Shown: positions 24,594-37,889, counted from the stretch's first letter. The stretch: 64,000 nucleotides of DNA from Podarcis pityusensis (GCA_964106645.2 OZ067042.1); one strand, 5' to 3'. Translations and numbers: made by a program. Notes: generated from the sequence alone by a model not told the origin.

Positions 24594-24899
24594 GTAAGTT
24601 TCATAATTATTATTGTTTTAAGTATGTAGAAGTCCATATTTTGCTGAACTTCATACACAGACTAGACCCATCACTTAATGACTGTAGCCTCAACCAGTAT
24701 CTTAGAATAAAATGCCACAGATCAAAGACTATAGATATAATTTTCAACTCGTACATTCATTCATACATTTCAATTCATGCATTCAGCTGTGGGTCATCAA
24801 GTTTTGAGAAGTCAAGGAATAAGGAATCTGCATGCGTGTGTGAACTGGATCTGTCTGGATAGGCTTAAAACAACACAATCTCACAGTTCTCACAATGAG

Positions 24900-25062
24900 A
24901 ACAGATGAAACTGCCTTATATTGAATCAGACTATTGATCCTTCTAGTCCAGCATTGCCAACTGTAACTGGCAGCAGCTCACCATAAGTCTTTCTAGCCCT
25001 GCGTAGAGATATGTGGGACCTTCTGTGTGCAAACCATGTGTTCCCCTACTGAGCCATAGCCC
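24900..25062 (-). mobile_element. Old tRNA-derived SINE
   Basis: Reverse strand begins gggctatggctcagtagggaacacatggtttgcacacagaaggtccca (tRNA-like head); a degraded relative lies near 29150-29360. Confidence 0.5.
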
Positions 25063-25477
25063 TTTCCCAAAGTAGTTCCATGCACATACAATGCAGTGAG
25101 GAGAATGCTGTCCACTGTTTTAGAGATTATGATAAGGCATGGCTATGGGAGATACTGCATAGCAATAGAATTATTCCATTTTTACAGTAGCATGCACTTA
25201 TACACAGAGTATTGACGAAGAGCTGATTTGTGCTTTATAGGCACTCTACGACATCAGTATTCGCTATGGTAGATACACGAAGTGTGAAGGTGAGACACAT
25301 GTCTCTAAACACTTGGGAACGTACACTGGAAAGTAGAGAGTGGTTGATTGAATCCACTGCATGCATAAAGATTCCCATGCTATACATGTTACTGTTGCGA
25401 CCACTGGCCATACTCATAGACAGTTACAAATTTCAGTTATGAAATACTTTTCATCTCTTTTGTTCTTCCTTCCACAG

Positions 25478-25621
25478 CTGATGCCTTAACCTCTATATTG
25501 ACAAAAATCAATCGGATTGACATTGTAACTTTGTTGGAAGGACCAATATTTGATTATGGAAACATTTCAGGCACCAGAAGCTTTGCAGATGAAAATAATG
25601 TTTTCCATGATCCTGTTGATG
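25478..25621 (+). CDS. ANK3: Ankyrin-G death domain exon 3
   Basis: tccacag|CTGATG ... GTTGATG|gtaact. Encodes TDALTSILTKINRIDIVTLLEGPIFDYGNISGTRSFADENNVFHDPVD. Confidence 0.95.
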
Positions 25622-27915
25622 GTAACTGAATTTGTTTCATTTTGACCAATATTTATCCACACAGAAAGGTCTTTTCATCTAATAACATAAACTATGCAAG
25701 ATGATACTGTTTCAAATAAAATATATATTTATTTATCTCAAATATAAAAAAAATCAGGGTATGTATCAATGAACACTTCAGAGTTTTTTGGCTCCATTAA
25801 CTTAATTTGAACTCAGTCTAAAATTACTGTGAAATTGTTCCCTTTGGTAAAATTACAACTGCTTATTGTTTCTTTACATTCTAAAATTACCCTAATGGGA
25901 TAATGAAATTCTGGTACTCTAATCAACGCCCAGATTTATGCTGAGATTTAACTTCAATTTTTGTTCTTCAACTGTAAAGGCTTTTATTGCGCAGATAGAT
26001 ATATAAATGAATCTGTACTACTGATCAGGTGCTAAAAACTAATTCTGACTTTGAAGATACATTAAGCTGCTTTCCAAATACTTCCTTTTTTGTTTTGTTT
26101 TGTAAGCTATGTTCTTCTAAACACTATGAAAGTCTCCCTTTTTCTTGTATTTTATTCAAACACATGCTGGTTTTGCTGCCTTCTGCAAGGATTTTCTGGC
26201 TGTGTGCTGTGCTTATGAGCTTAATTCATCCCCAAGCAACATTCTTGGTCATTGAATCACCGCACTGCAGAAATTAAAATTCTGTGGACATTTTAAGAAG
26301 TTTTCTCTTGAAATGTTGCTTGTGCCTTTTAATCAGAGACAAGTATCTTTTCTACAAAGAGAATGTGCTTCTCTGTGTTGCTGTCTATCCTTCCTCTCCT
26401 CTGAACCTTCCTCAAGCTTCTTGTCCTCACCAAGACCAGACTACCTTTTAACTTTCTCTCAGTTGATTCAGTTGCAGAACACGGAGATATTAGTGCACAT
26501 TGCTCTCCAGGCAGCACAATGTAATGCTGATCTCTCTCCCCATCCCAGCCTTTCATCAGCTCATCAACTTAATATTTACCTCTGAGAATATGGTTTACAG
26601 TTCACTGTCATTTCATTTGTCTATGTTCAAGTCTAACTGCCAGAGCAGGGATGGTCAACTTCTGTATTCCTGGGGGCTGCTCCATTCACCAGCTGCTACT
26701 CTGGGCTTTGGGAGTACTTTTCACAGAAGCAAGCAGACCTCATTATGGATTATCAGGCTTCATAGCAAAGCTAGCAGTAAGGGCTCTATAGGTATGGAGC
26801 ATTCACGTTTGGGTGGCAAAAGATCATTAATTTCTGGGTGGAGGAAGTAATGTCCTTCCGGAAAGATTCTGTCATGAGGCTGATTGGTAGCTAGCTTTTG
26901 CCTTTTCATGATGTTCTTAATATAGCTGTACACTAAATTTTACATGCAATATCCTTTGGGCAATTGCTTGTACCACACATTTATTAAAATTGGGGAGGTA
27001 CTTCAGGGCTGATTAGGCTCACAGGTCTCCAGCGGGCCATCCCTGTTCTAGATAATTATTGTTCTCTCTTTTTTGTTGCTTATGTTTTTCTTTTCTCTCT
27101 TTATTCAATCAGTGTTTCTGATTGTACCCATGTCACCAAGATCGCCTCAGTCTCCAAGATCACCAAGATCTCCTTACTCATCACAATCTTCTCATCTCTG
27201 TAGTTTTACTGTTCCTGAAATTTATATCTAGATCCTCCCTACCCTGTAGTTTTTGTTTTAGATTTTGACTCTACAGTCTCTGAGAATATGCTATACTTTT
27301 CTGTCCTCTTTAAGGTTCATTTCCATATTTCTAACAACTGCGCTATCATGATGCAGTGATTAAAGCTGAAGTATCTACAGATGATATTTCACATTTGTAA
27401 TGGTATAAAGCCAAGTAGTTTTATCTTTTGGAAACTGGATGATAAAAATGTACACCAATTTTTAAGAAAACCTGGCTGTCTTGCTTTATAACATAATTCA
27501 TTACATTTAAACTTTTTGAGTAAATCCAAATACAAGCAGAAAAGTTATTTTGCCACAAAATACCACTCTTGATATAATAAGACAGCAAGCAGCAATCCAG
27601 ATTCAGTCCATTTGCTATTGAGAAGAGAAATATAATACTACTGAAATTACTGGAAAACCAGTAATTGAAAAATTGCAACCATGTGTGCGGTAGGCCAATA
27701 ATAGTAATAAGCTGTGCTGTATTAGCCATTTCATCTACTTTGGTTTTGTTGCATTCTTTAAGGATGTTACATTCATTATTACATTCCTAATTAAAGTGTT
27801 GTTATCATTTCATACATTTTCCACATTTTACATAATTAACTGGCCATTCTGCATGCTTGATTATATGTCACTCCATACTTCATTGCAATCAGTCCAAATG
27901 TGCTGTCTTCCATAG

Positions 27916-28573
27916 GTTATCCCACCATCCAAGTGGAACTGGAAACTCCCACTGGGTTGCGCTTCGTGCCACCCACCCCTTCCCAGCAAGATGATTTCTT
28001 TAGCGATTTCTCTAGCATAGAGTCACCCCTTAGAACTCCCAGTAGACTGAGTGACGTGTTAGTAACTCCACAGGGAAACATAGATGATACAGCAGCAGAA
28101 CCTCCAGTGGTGACTGAAGAAGACACTTCACTGGAAGACGGCAAACACGATTTCTCAGTGCCTAGAGAAGGAGCATCTAAAGATGTAGGCCAGATCCAAT
28201 TGGATGAAATGGACTTTAATGATTACCCACGCTATCTTGGTAGTTATACCGAGGTACCAAAACAAAAGCTAAGCCAAGAGACTAGTCCAACTTTAGTGAG
28301 AACTGAGCAGCAGGAGAGAGAAAAGTCTGGTACTGATGAGATGACGGAAGAAAAGCTTAAATCTCTGTTTGAAGACATTCACCTTGACGAAGTAGTTGAG
28401 TCTGAGGAGATGACAGAAGAAAAAGTCTTATCTATTCTTAAGTATGTGCAGCAGGCAGAACAGGAACTGTCTTCAATTACAGGTTGGCAGAGTGAGGCCT
28501 CCAGTGTCAATGTGGAGCCACCAACACCAGGACGCAGAATAAGCGGTGAATTGCTGGATCGACTAGATGACAG
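27916..28573 (+). CDS. ANK3: Ankyrin-G C-terminal regulatory exon with two acceptors (long form 27916-28573; short form 28483-28573)
   Basis: ccatag|GTTATCCC gives GYPTIQVELETPTG...; internal acceptor aattacag|GTTGGCAG gives GWQSEASS...LLDRLDD; shared donor GACAG|gtatga. The 567-nt difference preserves frame. Confidence 0.9.
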
Positions 28574-29703
28574 GTATGAAAGTGCTCAACTAACCATGTG
28601 TTCTCATTTTGAAAACACTTATGACTTTCCCCCGCAAAACCATGGTTGTTGTATTTCTAGCTGAAGTACCTATATAATGCTCATATAAGTAAGCAGCGAT
28701 CCAGATTATAAGGCACCGATATTCTCAAGGCAAATTTACAATATGGCATTTAAAGCAGTGAAATCCCAAACACTGTTAAGATTGGGGGGGGGGGGTGCAC
28801 AATAAAATCAAGCTCAGAACAGAATGGGCAGCAGGAAATACATAAGCCTAGTCCCCAAAGGAACAGAAGAATATTTGACCACTTTTCCAATTTCAAAAAG
28901 GTAAAGTAAAAGTTGCACAGGCCTCCTGGAGAGAGGATGGGTATTCTGAAGTCCCAGAGCAGTGACAAAAAAACCCTGACCCTGCTCTTTTTGCATTTGC
29001 ATTGAATGCTAATGCAAAATCCAAAGGTGATTATACTTTTAGGAGGGTCTTGTTAGCTGATCTCAATACTCTGGGTAGGGAGGGAAATTATGTAAGGGGA
29101 TATGCTTCCTGAAATAAGCTAGGGCTAAAAGATCAAAACCAGCACTGGTAAAATGCTAATTAGCCATACTGGCATGTGGATATATGAATCTTCCTTATGC
29201 TATTAACAATCGAGCACACTGTTGGCAGCTACCATGCAAGGTCTTGGGGGCAAATGCTTTTCCTACACCTGCTTACTGAAATCCTTTTAAGAGGAATTAT
29301 AAGTGACTAAACCTGGGACATTTTGCATGCCAAATTTATTGCAGAGTTATACTCCCTCCCACTGTACTTAATGGAAAGCTCTAGTCTGAATTGTGCGTTA
29401 AACACACAAACAAACTTTATTCTGCTCTTTGTTTGAGAAACCAAAACAGCAGAGCTTCCTTTGCCTTCAGAGCAGCATCAAATTTTCTCTGAGCCATTGA
29501 AGCTCATTGGTAGATATTGAGCCTTTGGTGCATATTCTCATTCTCAGCCTAACCGGCCTCACAGGTTTTTTGTGAAGAAAATATTTAGCCATATATGTCA
29601 CCCTGAACTCCTTGGACGAGGAAGGGTGGGACAGAAGTACAACACATAAATTAACACTTATCTATTTTCCAGTGCTTGATCATGTTTGCTTTGTCTCTTG
29701 TAG

Positions 29704-30082
29704 CCCTGACCAGTGTAGAGATTCTATTACCTCATATCTCAAAGGAGAAGCAGGAAAGTTGGAAACCAATGGAAGCTACTCAGAATCTACAACAGAAGCA
29801 AAGACTAAGCCTTTCGTTCAGGAGTCTGCAAAGAGCCTAGGAAAACAGAGCGACAAGGAAACTGTGAAACCAAAAATGCAAAGTTCTCTCCGAACTGAGC
29901 AGCAAACCATCTCATTAACGTCGCATCAGAAATCTTTGCAAGAGGCAAGCAAGCCAGCAGTCGATACACCTAAAACCTCTGTGCCTGTCAGCATGAAAAA
30001 GACGAGCTGGAATACTTCCGATGACAGCAAGCTGAGACCAAAAGCCCAGGAAGAGGAAGGAGCAACATCGTCCGAACAAAAG
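29704..30082 (+). CDS. ANK3: Ankyrin-G C-terminal exon
   Basis: cttgtag|CCCTGAC ... CAAAAG|gtataa. Encodes (S)PDQCRDSITSYLKGEAGKLETNG...EEEGATSSEQK. Confidence 0.93.
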
Positions 30083-31578
30083 GTATAAATGCCATCCGCC
30101 TTACTTTGTGTGGGAGTTTTCATTCTTAATTCAGCTAAAGCATTGTGAATATAGAATGAACTTCCCTCTGTGGCTTCCCTTTTATATTTCTCCCAAAAAC
30201 TTCCCAGCTAGGGCCAACCATGCAGTGCTGAAACTTCAGTTTAGAGAGCAACAGAGTTTGGTGATCTCCCCTCTCTTACGCAAACTCCATCCCTCTCATC
30301 AGCCACTTTAAAAGCCTCGCTTAAACCCAGGTTTAAGCTTTCCTTGAAATGAAAGCAGAGAAGCAACTTTTTTGTCTGGATTGTGGTGAGGGAGCAGGAA
30401 GAAATGATGGGGGTGATTTTGAGCCTGCTCAAAAAACTGCAAAGGGTCCCTTCTGAGAATCTGGCATTTGCCCCCAAAAGGGTTGAAAAAAAACCCCAAC
30501 TCTCAATAAATCTTTCTGAACCAAGGAATGTGTGTGCATGCTGCTCACTGTTGGCAGTGGAGAGAAGCATGCAGCTACCGAAAGTTAGGTCAATGAAGGA
30601 AGCTCTGTGATGGAGTCAAGGCTCTTGCTCAGCCCCAAACCTATTTTGGAGTCTGGTCAAGGGACCTCAGAGGTCTAGTGCCCCATCAGGAAAACCCTCT
30701 AGACATGAAGCCAGCACCCCATGAGTCCTGCTGGCCACCCAGGTCCATAGACTCAGCATAAGAGAGGACTCTGAGGAAGCCTACATAAAGGACTAGGGTT
30801 GTGGTGCCAAGCTCTCCAGGATCCTCTTGCCAGTCAGTTGAGACAGCCGTGGGAGCAGATGGAAGGCAAAAAAATTAAAATGCTCTTTACTCTCTTCTCT
30901 ACCCTGTGTCGCAAGTTCCTTGTGGGCTTCTACTTAGAATCATAGAATTATTTCTGCTAATAATCTTCAGTCTTTTGGCTTTTTGTATTGCTTCTGCAAA
31001 CCGTGGTTTGCAAATGAGGAGCCAGTCACAAGAGCCTTCCCATGCCCTTCCTCCTTCCCTGTAGCCCTGAACATTCCTAAACAAGAGTCTCCACTTAACC
31101 AGAATTTGAAACCCTGGTCTTGTGCCCAACCCCTGATATACAATCAATGGTTTGCTGATGTAATATAAAACCACACTTGAGATCAACAAGGGACAAGAGG
31201 GGGAAATGTGCACCGGAAGTGGGAAGGGAGTACATATTCCCAAGGGTGTGCCTCCCTGTCAGTAAAGTATGGTTTGCATGTAGCCTGCCAAGCATTTATG
31301 GCTATGCCAGGCTATACCTGTACAAAACTGTGATGTATTTTGAAATATTTTTAAGGCAGCTCTGCATGCAGAATGCCTACCTCACTTGTGGACATGGCAA
31401 AATGCTCCTAACTGAAATATTACCTACCCTGAAAGCAAGATTGCCGACATTCCCCCCTATGGTATTATTCAGGATGAACTAATGTTGGGTATAACCATTT
31501 TCCCCCTCTATTCCTGCTCAGATTCATGTTTGTCTTTTAAATGAGCTGGTAAAATGTACTAAAAACTGCATTTATCAG

Positions 31579-31689
31579 GAGTATAGTGAGAGTGACAGTG
31601 ACAGTGACATTGAGATTCAGAGTGATTCAAGCTCAGATGAAGAACAGAGAATCACTACAAGGGTTTATCGGCGACGTTTGATTCTGAAG
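31579..31689 (+). CDS. ANK3: Ankyrin-G muscle-type cassette exon 1
   Basis: tttatcag|GAGTAT ... CTGAAG|gtatcg. Encodes EYSESDSDSDIEIQSDSSSDEEQRITTRVYRRRLILK (111 nt, phase 0-0). The acceptor position is less certain than the donor. Confidence 0.82.
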
Positions 31690-32032
31690 GTATCGCATGA
31701 CTGTAGTTCCCACTGGCATGGAGTTGGGCTTGGACTGCAGTACTAATAGTGTTCACATTATACTCCTTCTGTTGGTGTGGTATGTATTTCATAACTGATG
31801 GCTGCCCCTTGTATAATCTTAAGACTTGTGGTGGAAAACAACCAAATTGCACGATGGGTATCCTTTGGTAATCCCACTGTGTGCAGCATGACTTTGCCTC
31901 TATAGGTGCACTTTGACTAAATATACACAAATGCCGCTTAGTGAAATTACAAACTAGATCAACAGCAGTTTTGCAATATGACCATTATAGCTTGGCTAGT
32001 AACAACTGTGAAAGATATATTAATTCTAATTT

Positions 32033-32377
32033 TGAAGCTGAATGTTGGAAGATTTGGGACAGATAAAAGAAAGTACTTCACACAACTATGGAACTCCTCC
32101 CACAGGAGGTAGTGGTGGCCACCAAGTTGGATGGCTTCAAAAGAGGATTGAACAAATTCATAGAGGACAAAGCTACTGATGGCTACTAGTCATGATGGGT
32201 ATTCTCTGCCTCCACGATCTGAGGTAGTATTGCTTATGAATAACACTTGCTGGAAAGCACAGGGAGAGCGCTCTTGTGCTCTGATCCCACTTGTGGGCTT
32301 CCTACAGGGATCTGGTTGGTTACTGTGAGAACAAGATGTTGGACTGTTGGCCTGATCTAGCAGGATCCTATGTTCTT
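32033..32377 (+). mobile_element. CR1 LINE 3' fragment
   Basis: tgaagctgaatgttggaagatttgggacagataaaagaaagtacttc...gatggcttcaaaagaggattg...aaattcat matches the CR1 ORF2 end; followed by a squamate-type 3' UTR. Confidence 0.72.
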
Positions 32378-34613
32378 GCAGTTTTTGTTTTTAATAGCAT
32401 TCTTCTGAACAGTCTAAATCAGGGGTGGTTAGCCTTCTTCAACCCAAAGATGGCATTCCCCATTGGCTAAGAAACACTCTGGGGGCTGTATGCCAGTGGC
32501 AGGTGTGACCCCACACACTTGCACATCCACAAACCACACACATGTGCAAGACCCACAGCCCCCCTCCATGAGCTGATCCATACAATCAGCTGTGGGGGAA
32601 GGGTTATCCCTACTCCCTCATCTGATGATCAATTGGCTGGTTTTAGCTGCTGTCTGCAATAAGTTATAGTTTTGTTTTTTTAAAAAAACCTTTTATGTAA
32701 TTTTTATTATTTTGAGCAATCCTGGGCTCCCCTGCGGAGAAGGGTAGGTTATAAATGTGAATAATAAATAGATGACTAGCTAGGGAGTTATTTGCATCTG
32801 ATGGGCTCATACCTACTTTAATTACATAATATGTCTAGCTTAGGTTTATTCCCCTGTTTTGCCACCACTGGCAAAATTTCTGGGATCTTGGAGGGAGGCA
32901 GAAAAATATGCATGCTCCCCCCCAACATCTTTCTTCTCTTCTCTTTTTGCTCCTCAGTAATTTATGCAATTCATGCACATTCTTGACTAACACTTAAATA
33001 TCTATCCGAAAGCAGACACTGTAGTGTCTGTCTGCTCCTACCAGGCACCTGGCAGTGATGCAGAGGGCTAGACTTCAGGGCCAAAATCAAAGGCACTGCA
33101 GCACAGCACCCACCCACCCTATAGAGTCCGAAATGACAGGCTAACAGGCCTGGTGTCAGCAGCTGGGCCAGCACAGGCATGCCAGGTCACCACAGCATCT
33201 TTCTATTTTTAAAAAAGATGCTCACTTTATTCTGTTTACTGTAAAATATATTATCATTTTCTACAGCAAAATTGTGCTTATTAATAAATAAGCATTGTTG
33301 TGGGGGGTGAGGAATGTTAGTTGTGTGCTTCACAACTGAGCCAATACACATAGCCATCTAAAGAGGAAAGTAGGGTAAGACCATGAAGCCCAGGGCCTGA
33401 GATTACCTAGCTACACTACTGGTAGAAGCAGTTGCCTGGGAAAGTTCATGCCGTGAGAAATTAGTTCATCTAAAAGGGAGGAAGACACAACAAGAGTCAA
33501 TCAGAAAGACCTACATGTGTTGCAGGGCTCTTTCGCTTTCTTCTTCAAAGAGCAGCTCCCTAGGATGCAGAGATTCAGCTTCTGAACATGTGGTCTGCTT
33601 CCTAGGGGCTGTTCCACTTCAGAATGCATGTGTTGGACTGTTATCTCATGGTTGGTTGGTTTTTGTTGTTGTCGTTTAAAAAAACCCTCTCTGAATGTTT
33701 AAAGTTAGCATATCAGAGAAAATGATTTTACCCTAACCTGCTTTCCCAATTTTTTGTTCCAGCTTTTCATAACAGTTAAGATTCAAACACAAAGAGTAGT
33801 CAAGCATAATAACAGCAACTGCAGTATTAAGTGATATAGTCCAAGATGAACTATTTCTGCATGCCAGAATTGACTTTTTTAACACACTAATTTGCTTGTT
33901 TCTGTAATTTATTACCTGGCCATCAATGACTAATCAGCATTTCTGGTATGACTTATAAAAAAACCCCTATAGTGTAAGGGAAGGACTATTCAAAATATGA
34001 AGTTAAAAAGAATCATGGGGGTAGATGGAACCTTAGTTTTTGTCTGCTGGAATAGTCTGCAAGAAAGGAAAATCATTATTTTCAGGGGGGGGGGGAATCC
34101 TCTGAGTAGAAGTAAACACCACGCTACTACAAATATTCTATCAGCGCAAGCATTTCAGCTTGCCAAACAGAACGAAACACCCCTACATATTGTTCTGGGG
34201 GTTTTCCTGACTCCCACAAGCGAATTTTGCGGGGTGCTGGGGAAAGGACTGAAAGCCCTGTTGCACAAGCAAAAGCCCTTGCACAGGGCTTCCACTGATG
34301 GGTGGGATTTATCTAACAAATCCCATTTTTTTGGTGTTCCTTCATAGCATGGCACGGATCAAGATAGGCCTGTGCATGTACACAGAGTACTTCCACTACA
34401 GGCAAACTCTCTTTCCAATGACAGCCCATCACAGATGGCTTCTGTCTAAGTTTAAGAAGACTTTTAAAATGTGACACTACCATGTGGACATCAGTAGCTG
34501 CTGTTTCGGACAAGTAAAACCCAACATGGCATGATTTTATTGCTCAGAGTGGTGTTGAATAGCCAATATTTGGGAATATGGGTGACTGGCTAATATTGTA
34601 ACACATTCTTTAG

Positions 34614-34697
34614 GGTGAGGAGGCAAAAAACATTCCTGGTGAATCTGTTACAGAAGAACAGTTTACTGATGAAGAAGGCAACCTCGTCACCCGAAAA
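34614..34697 (+). CDS. ANK3: Ankyrin-G muscle-type cassette exon 2 (obscurin/titin-binding-related motif)
   Basis: ttctttag|GGTGAG ... CGAAAA|gtaatc. Encodes [28 protein letters not shown] (84 nt), the motif shared with small ankyrin-1 and ankyrin-B. Confidence 0.9.
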
Positions 34698-34832
34698 GTA
34701 ATCCCACCTTGCATTTTCATTCTTTTCTCCCTCTCCCTCTCTCTGTTGACTCTTTTTACATTAGCTTTGTCCATTCAGAGTCGGGTGGAAAAAGTATCGA
34801 TTTTTGTTTTTTTCCATATTGCTTCCCTACAG

Positions 34833-34892
34833 GTTACCCGGAAAGTGTTAAGGCGTGTTGTTATCCCACATGAGAAAAAACCTGGTGACATG
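34833..34892 (+). CDS. ANK3: Ankyrin-G muscle-type cassette exon 3
   Basis: ccctacag|GTTACC ... GACATG|gtaacc. Encodes [20 protein letters not shown] (60 nt, phase 0-0). Confidence 0.85.
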
Positions 34893-37150
34893 GTAACCAG
34901 CGTGTGTATGCAGGAATAGCAAATAAGGGCTGTGTTGGTTCTCTAAATGCTAAAGACTGCTTGCAGTTTAACATTAAAGCAATGCAAAGCAAGAGTGCCT
35001 GTGCTTTTGACAAGCTGTGCATTTGAACTCAGAAAAGGCGAAGTCTCACAAATAGTGTGTTGTGTGCTGGCAGGGTTCTTTGGTTTTTCATTCAGTGCCT
35101 TCAGATTCTTGAGAGAAATGTATTTCATTTTGATATTCTAGTAGGAAACGTTAGCATTAGGAGTGGTTTTTAATACAGCCATTTGAAATGGCAGAGTCTG
35201 AGCCTGAACACACTTTGCCACTCCCATCTCCTACCACCTCCTCCAGTTTCTTTTACTAGCTTGACAGAGGCTGACACAGAGCAAACTGGAGGGGGGGGGC
35301 TAACTTTGTGGTCTTTTGCTGTAAAAGAGCTTTCTGTGGCACAGGCTGGAATCCTGTGGAAACCTACCTGGGAGTAGTCCCCACCTCCAGTGGACATAGT
35401 AGGAGTGACTTTCCAGGAAATGTTATGCTAGGATTGCACTGCAGGTAGCCAACGGTGCAAGCATGAAACAAGAACCAGCAATGGGAAGCCTGTAGCCCTC
35501 TAGATGTTTCTGGACTATAGCTGCCCTCAATCCTGACCACTATCCACAATGCCCGATACTGAAGAGAATTGAAAGCTATCAGGGAGGTTTCTTATCCTTG
35601 ACGTTTGGATTACAGACTAAAACAATGTCAGATTTGTGGAGGGATTTTGTTTTGGTTTTTTACTTTTTTAGCACCAAGCGATTCTTCTTCTTCTAAATTT
35701 TCCCCTATTAAGGTCCAAATTGAAGTCAGCTTTTCTAATGATCTTTGAGTTCCTATTTTTTAAAAAGGCCCTAGGGAAAGTCTTGATTAATCACCTGTTT
35801 TTTAAACCAATTAATGAATTACATTTAAGGCAAGTTTGCACAATACCCAGACTTAAGCACTTGTCCTTTTTGAGAAGTTGAAAGACGATACCATGCTATT
35901 TAATAAACAAAAGGTATTGCTTATCCTAAAAAGGGAAGGTTGCTTTCTTTTAAAAAAAGAAAGGCTAAAGCCATTCTCAATTACAGCAACATCCCAGAAG
36001 CAAAACAGCATCAAAAAATAAACAAGTGTGCCCTTAATTCACAGACTGCCCCCCCCCCATTAAAACTGTCCAGCACAAGTTAATGACCTAACCTAACGGT
36101 TTACTTGGTTACCCTGTCAAAAGCACAACTTTCTTCTAACAAAATGTTTTGATGCTGCCAATCCTTTGCCAGTAGGGCTATGTTCCATCTGCAGGCAAAA
36201 GTTGGTTTGCCAATTTAAAAGGAAAAAATGTGAGAAAAATGTATTTCTACATCAGGAGAATGGAATACTCTCAATGAATTAAATTTAAAAAAACAACACA
36301 GGGAGAATGACAGGCATTAATGAGGAGGAAATGGGATTGTCTAACCATGGTTTTCCTTGTCCAACTGAGTACCAGGTTCAGCATCATGGAACACCATTAT
36401 GTAGTTAGAAGGGAGAGTAGGCTGAGACCATCACTTGCATCTCACAATTTTTAGAAAAAGCAACTTGTGAAAATTCTGGTTCTTCTGTATCAGACCTATG
36501 CTTTTTAGAGACCACATTTTTTCATTAATACCAATAATTCCTTCAACAGTACTCTGCACCTTTGGGTATTGTCTTTCAGTGGCAAAAGACAGGAGATCTG
36601 CACTGTGTGTCAGCTTTTAGATTTTGTTGCAGATGTGTTTCACTTTAGCAAATACTTTTACTGGCTTTCCTCTTCCTCCCTTTCATGACATTTTCTCCAT
36701 TACTAATCTACTTCAGTTGAAGCTGAGCTGTTATGAACTCTCTTAAGAGCAGTGAGCTTCGTTTCCAAAGGATCTGCTAACTTGGGATGCCCAGAAAGGG
36801 AAATCTGGGAATCTGGTTTTTCAAGAGGGGTGAAACATTCAAAATTCAAAATTGCTTTAAGGGAAGTAGACCTGTGATATTTCCTGATAATCACTGAACT
36901 GCGGCAGTATCCCAGTCTAGCATACAATTCATAACATTTTAAGGCTATGTTTCCTGTACTCAGATGGTACTGAAAGCTTGTGTTTTTGCAGCTTAGTAGA
37001 CTGGCTACAGAGCTGTGGTTTGTGTGTCTCTGAAGTGCTCAGATTTAACAGCTTCTTACTTGTCCCATTCCAGCTGCATGGGACCTGCTAGAAATCAGTT
37101 TGATAGCAACCTCGGCATCTGATTTCTGAATGTATACCTTTCCATTAAAG

Positions 37151-37219
37151 CAGGGAGAAGGTTATAAGATGAAGACGAAGAAGGAAGTCCGGCATGTGGA
37201 GAAGACGACGTATTCATAA
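37151..37219 (+). CDS. ANK3: Ankyrin-G last coding exon (exon continues to about 37236)
   Basis: attaaag|CAG|GGA NAGNAG acceptor. Encodes QGEGYKMKTKKEVRHVEKTTYS* (TAA at 37217-37219), resembling the mammalian QGEGFKVKTKKEIRHVEKK end; donor-like CAAATG|gtcagt at 37236/37237. Confidence 0.9.
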   Translation, partial: QGEGYKMKTKKEVRHVEKTTYS

Positions 37220-37889
37220 CATACAAACAGCAAATGGTCAGTTTGCTACACAGACATTCTACTCTTAATACTCTGAGCAAAAATGGAGTCTTAGGAAGCA
37301 ATAAAGAGGCACGCCAGCAACAATGGCATATGTTAAGAGAGTTTCAGATTGGGAGAGATAAGAGAGACACAGACTGGGACAAAAATCTCTACTTAAAAGG
37401 CTTGCTGAAAAAGGAAAGTATTTGCTAGCCAACGGAAATACACTAGAGATGGTGCCTATCTTTTAAATTGTGGGAGTACCAAAAGGGCAGGTGCCACCAC
37501 AGTAATGGTCTGATTCCTGTATTGCATGGAACAGAACTTTTGATGAGATGGTACCTGAAGGAGGCCCTCTCTTGCAGAGCATAGTGATAATTTATGAATA
37601 AAAGGAGTGTGACGATCTTTCAGGTACCATAACTTTAATGTGATTATGCCAAGTTATCAAATGTTGCACCAGCACGCCCCTTTCTACACAAAGACATGCT
37701 TAGGGTGGCCTGTGCAGGCCAACACCACAAAAACATACACTTAAGCCGCTATTGCAAAGATATGTCATTACTGCTTATGCCAAAGGAATCTTTAGGACTG
37801 AAATATTAGGTGCTTTTGAAAGGTAGATTTCTGATATTGGTACTGTTTTTTTCTTCTTCTTCCCTCACCCCTCTCCCTTCTGTCTCAAG

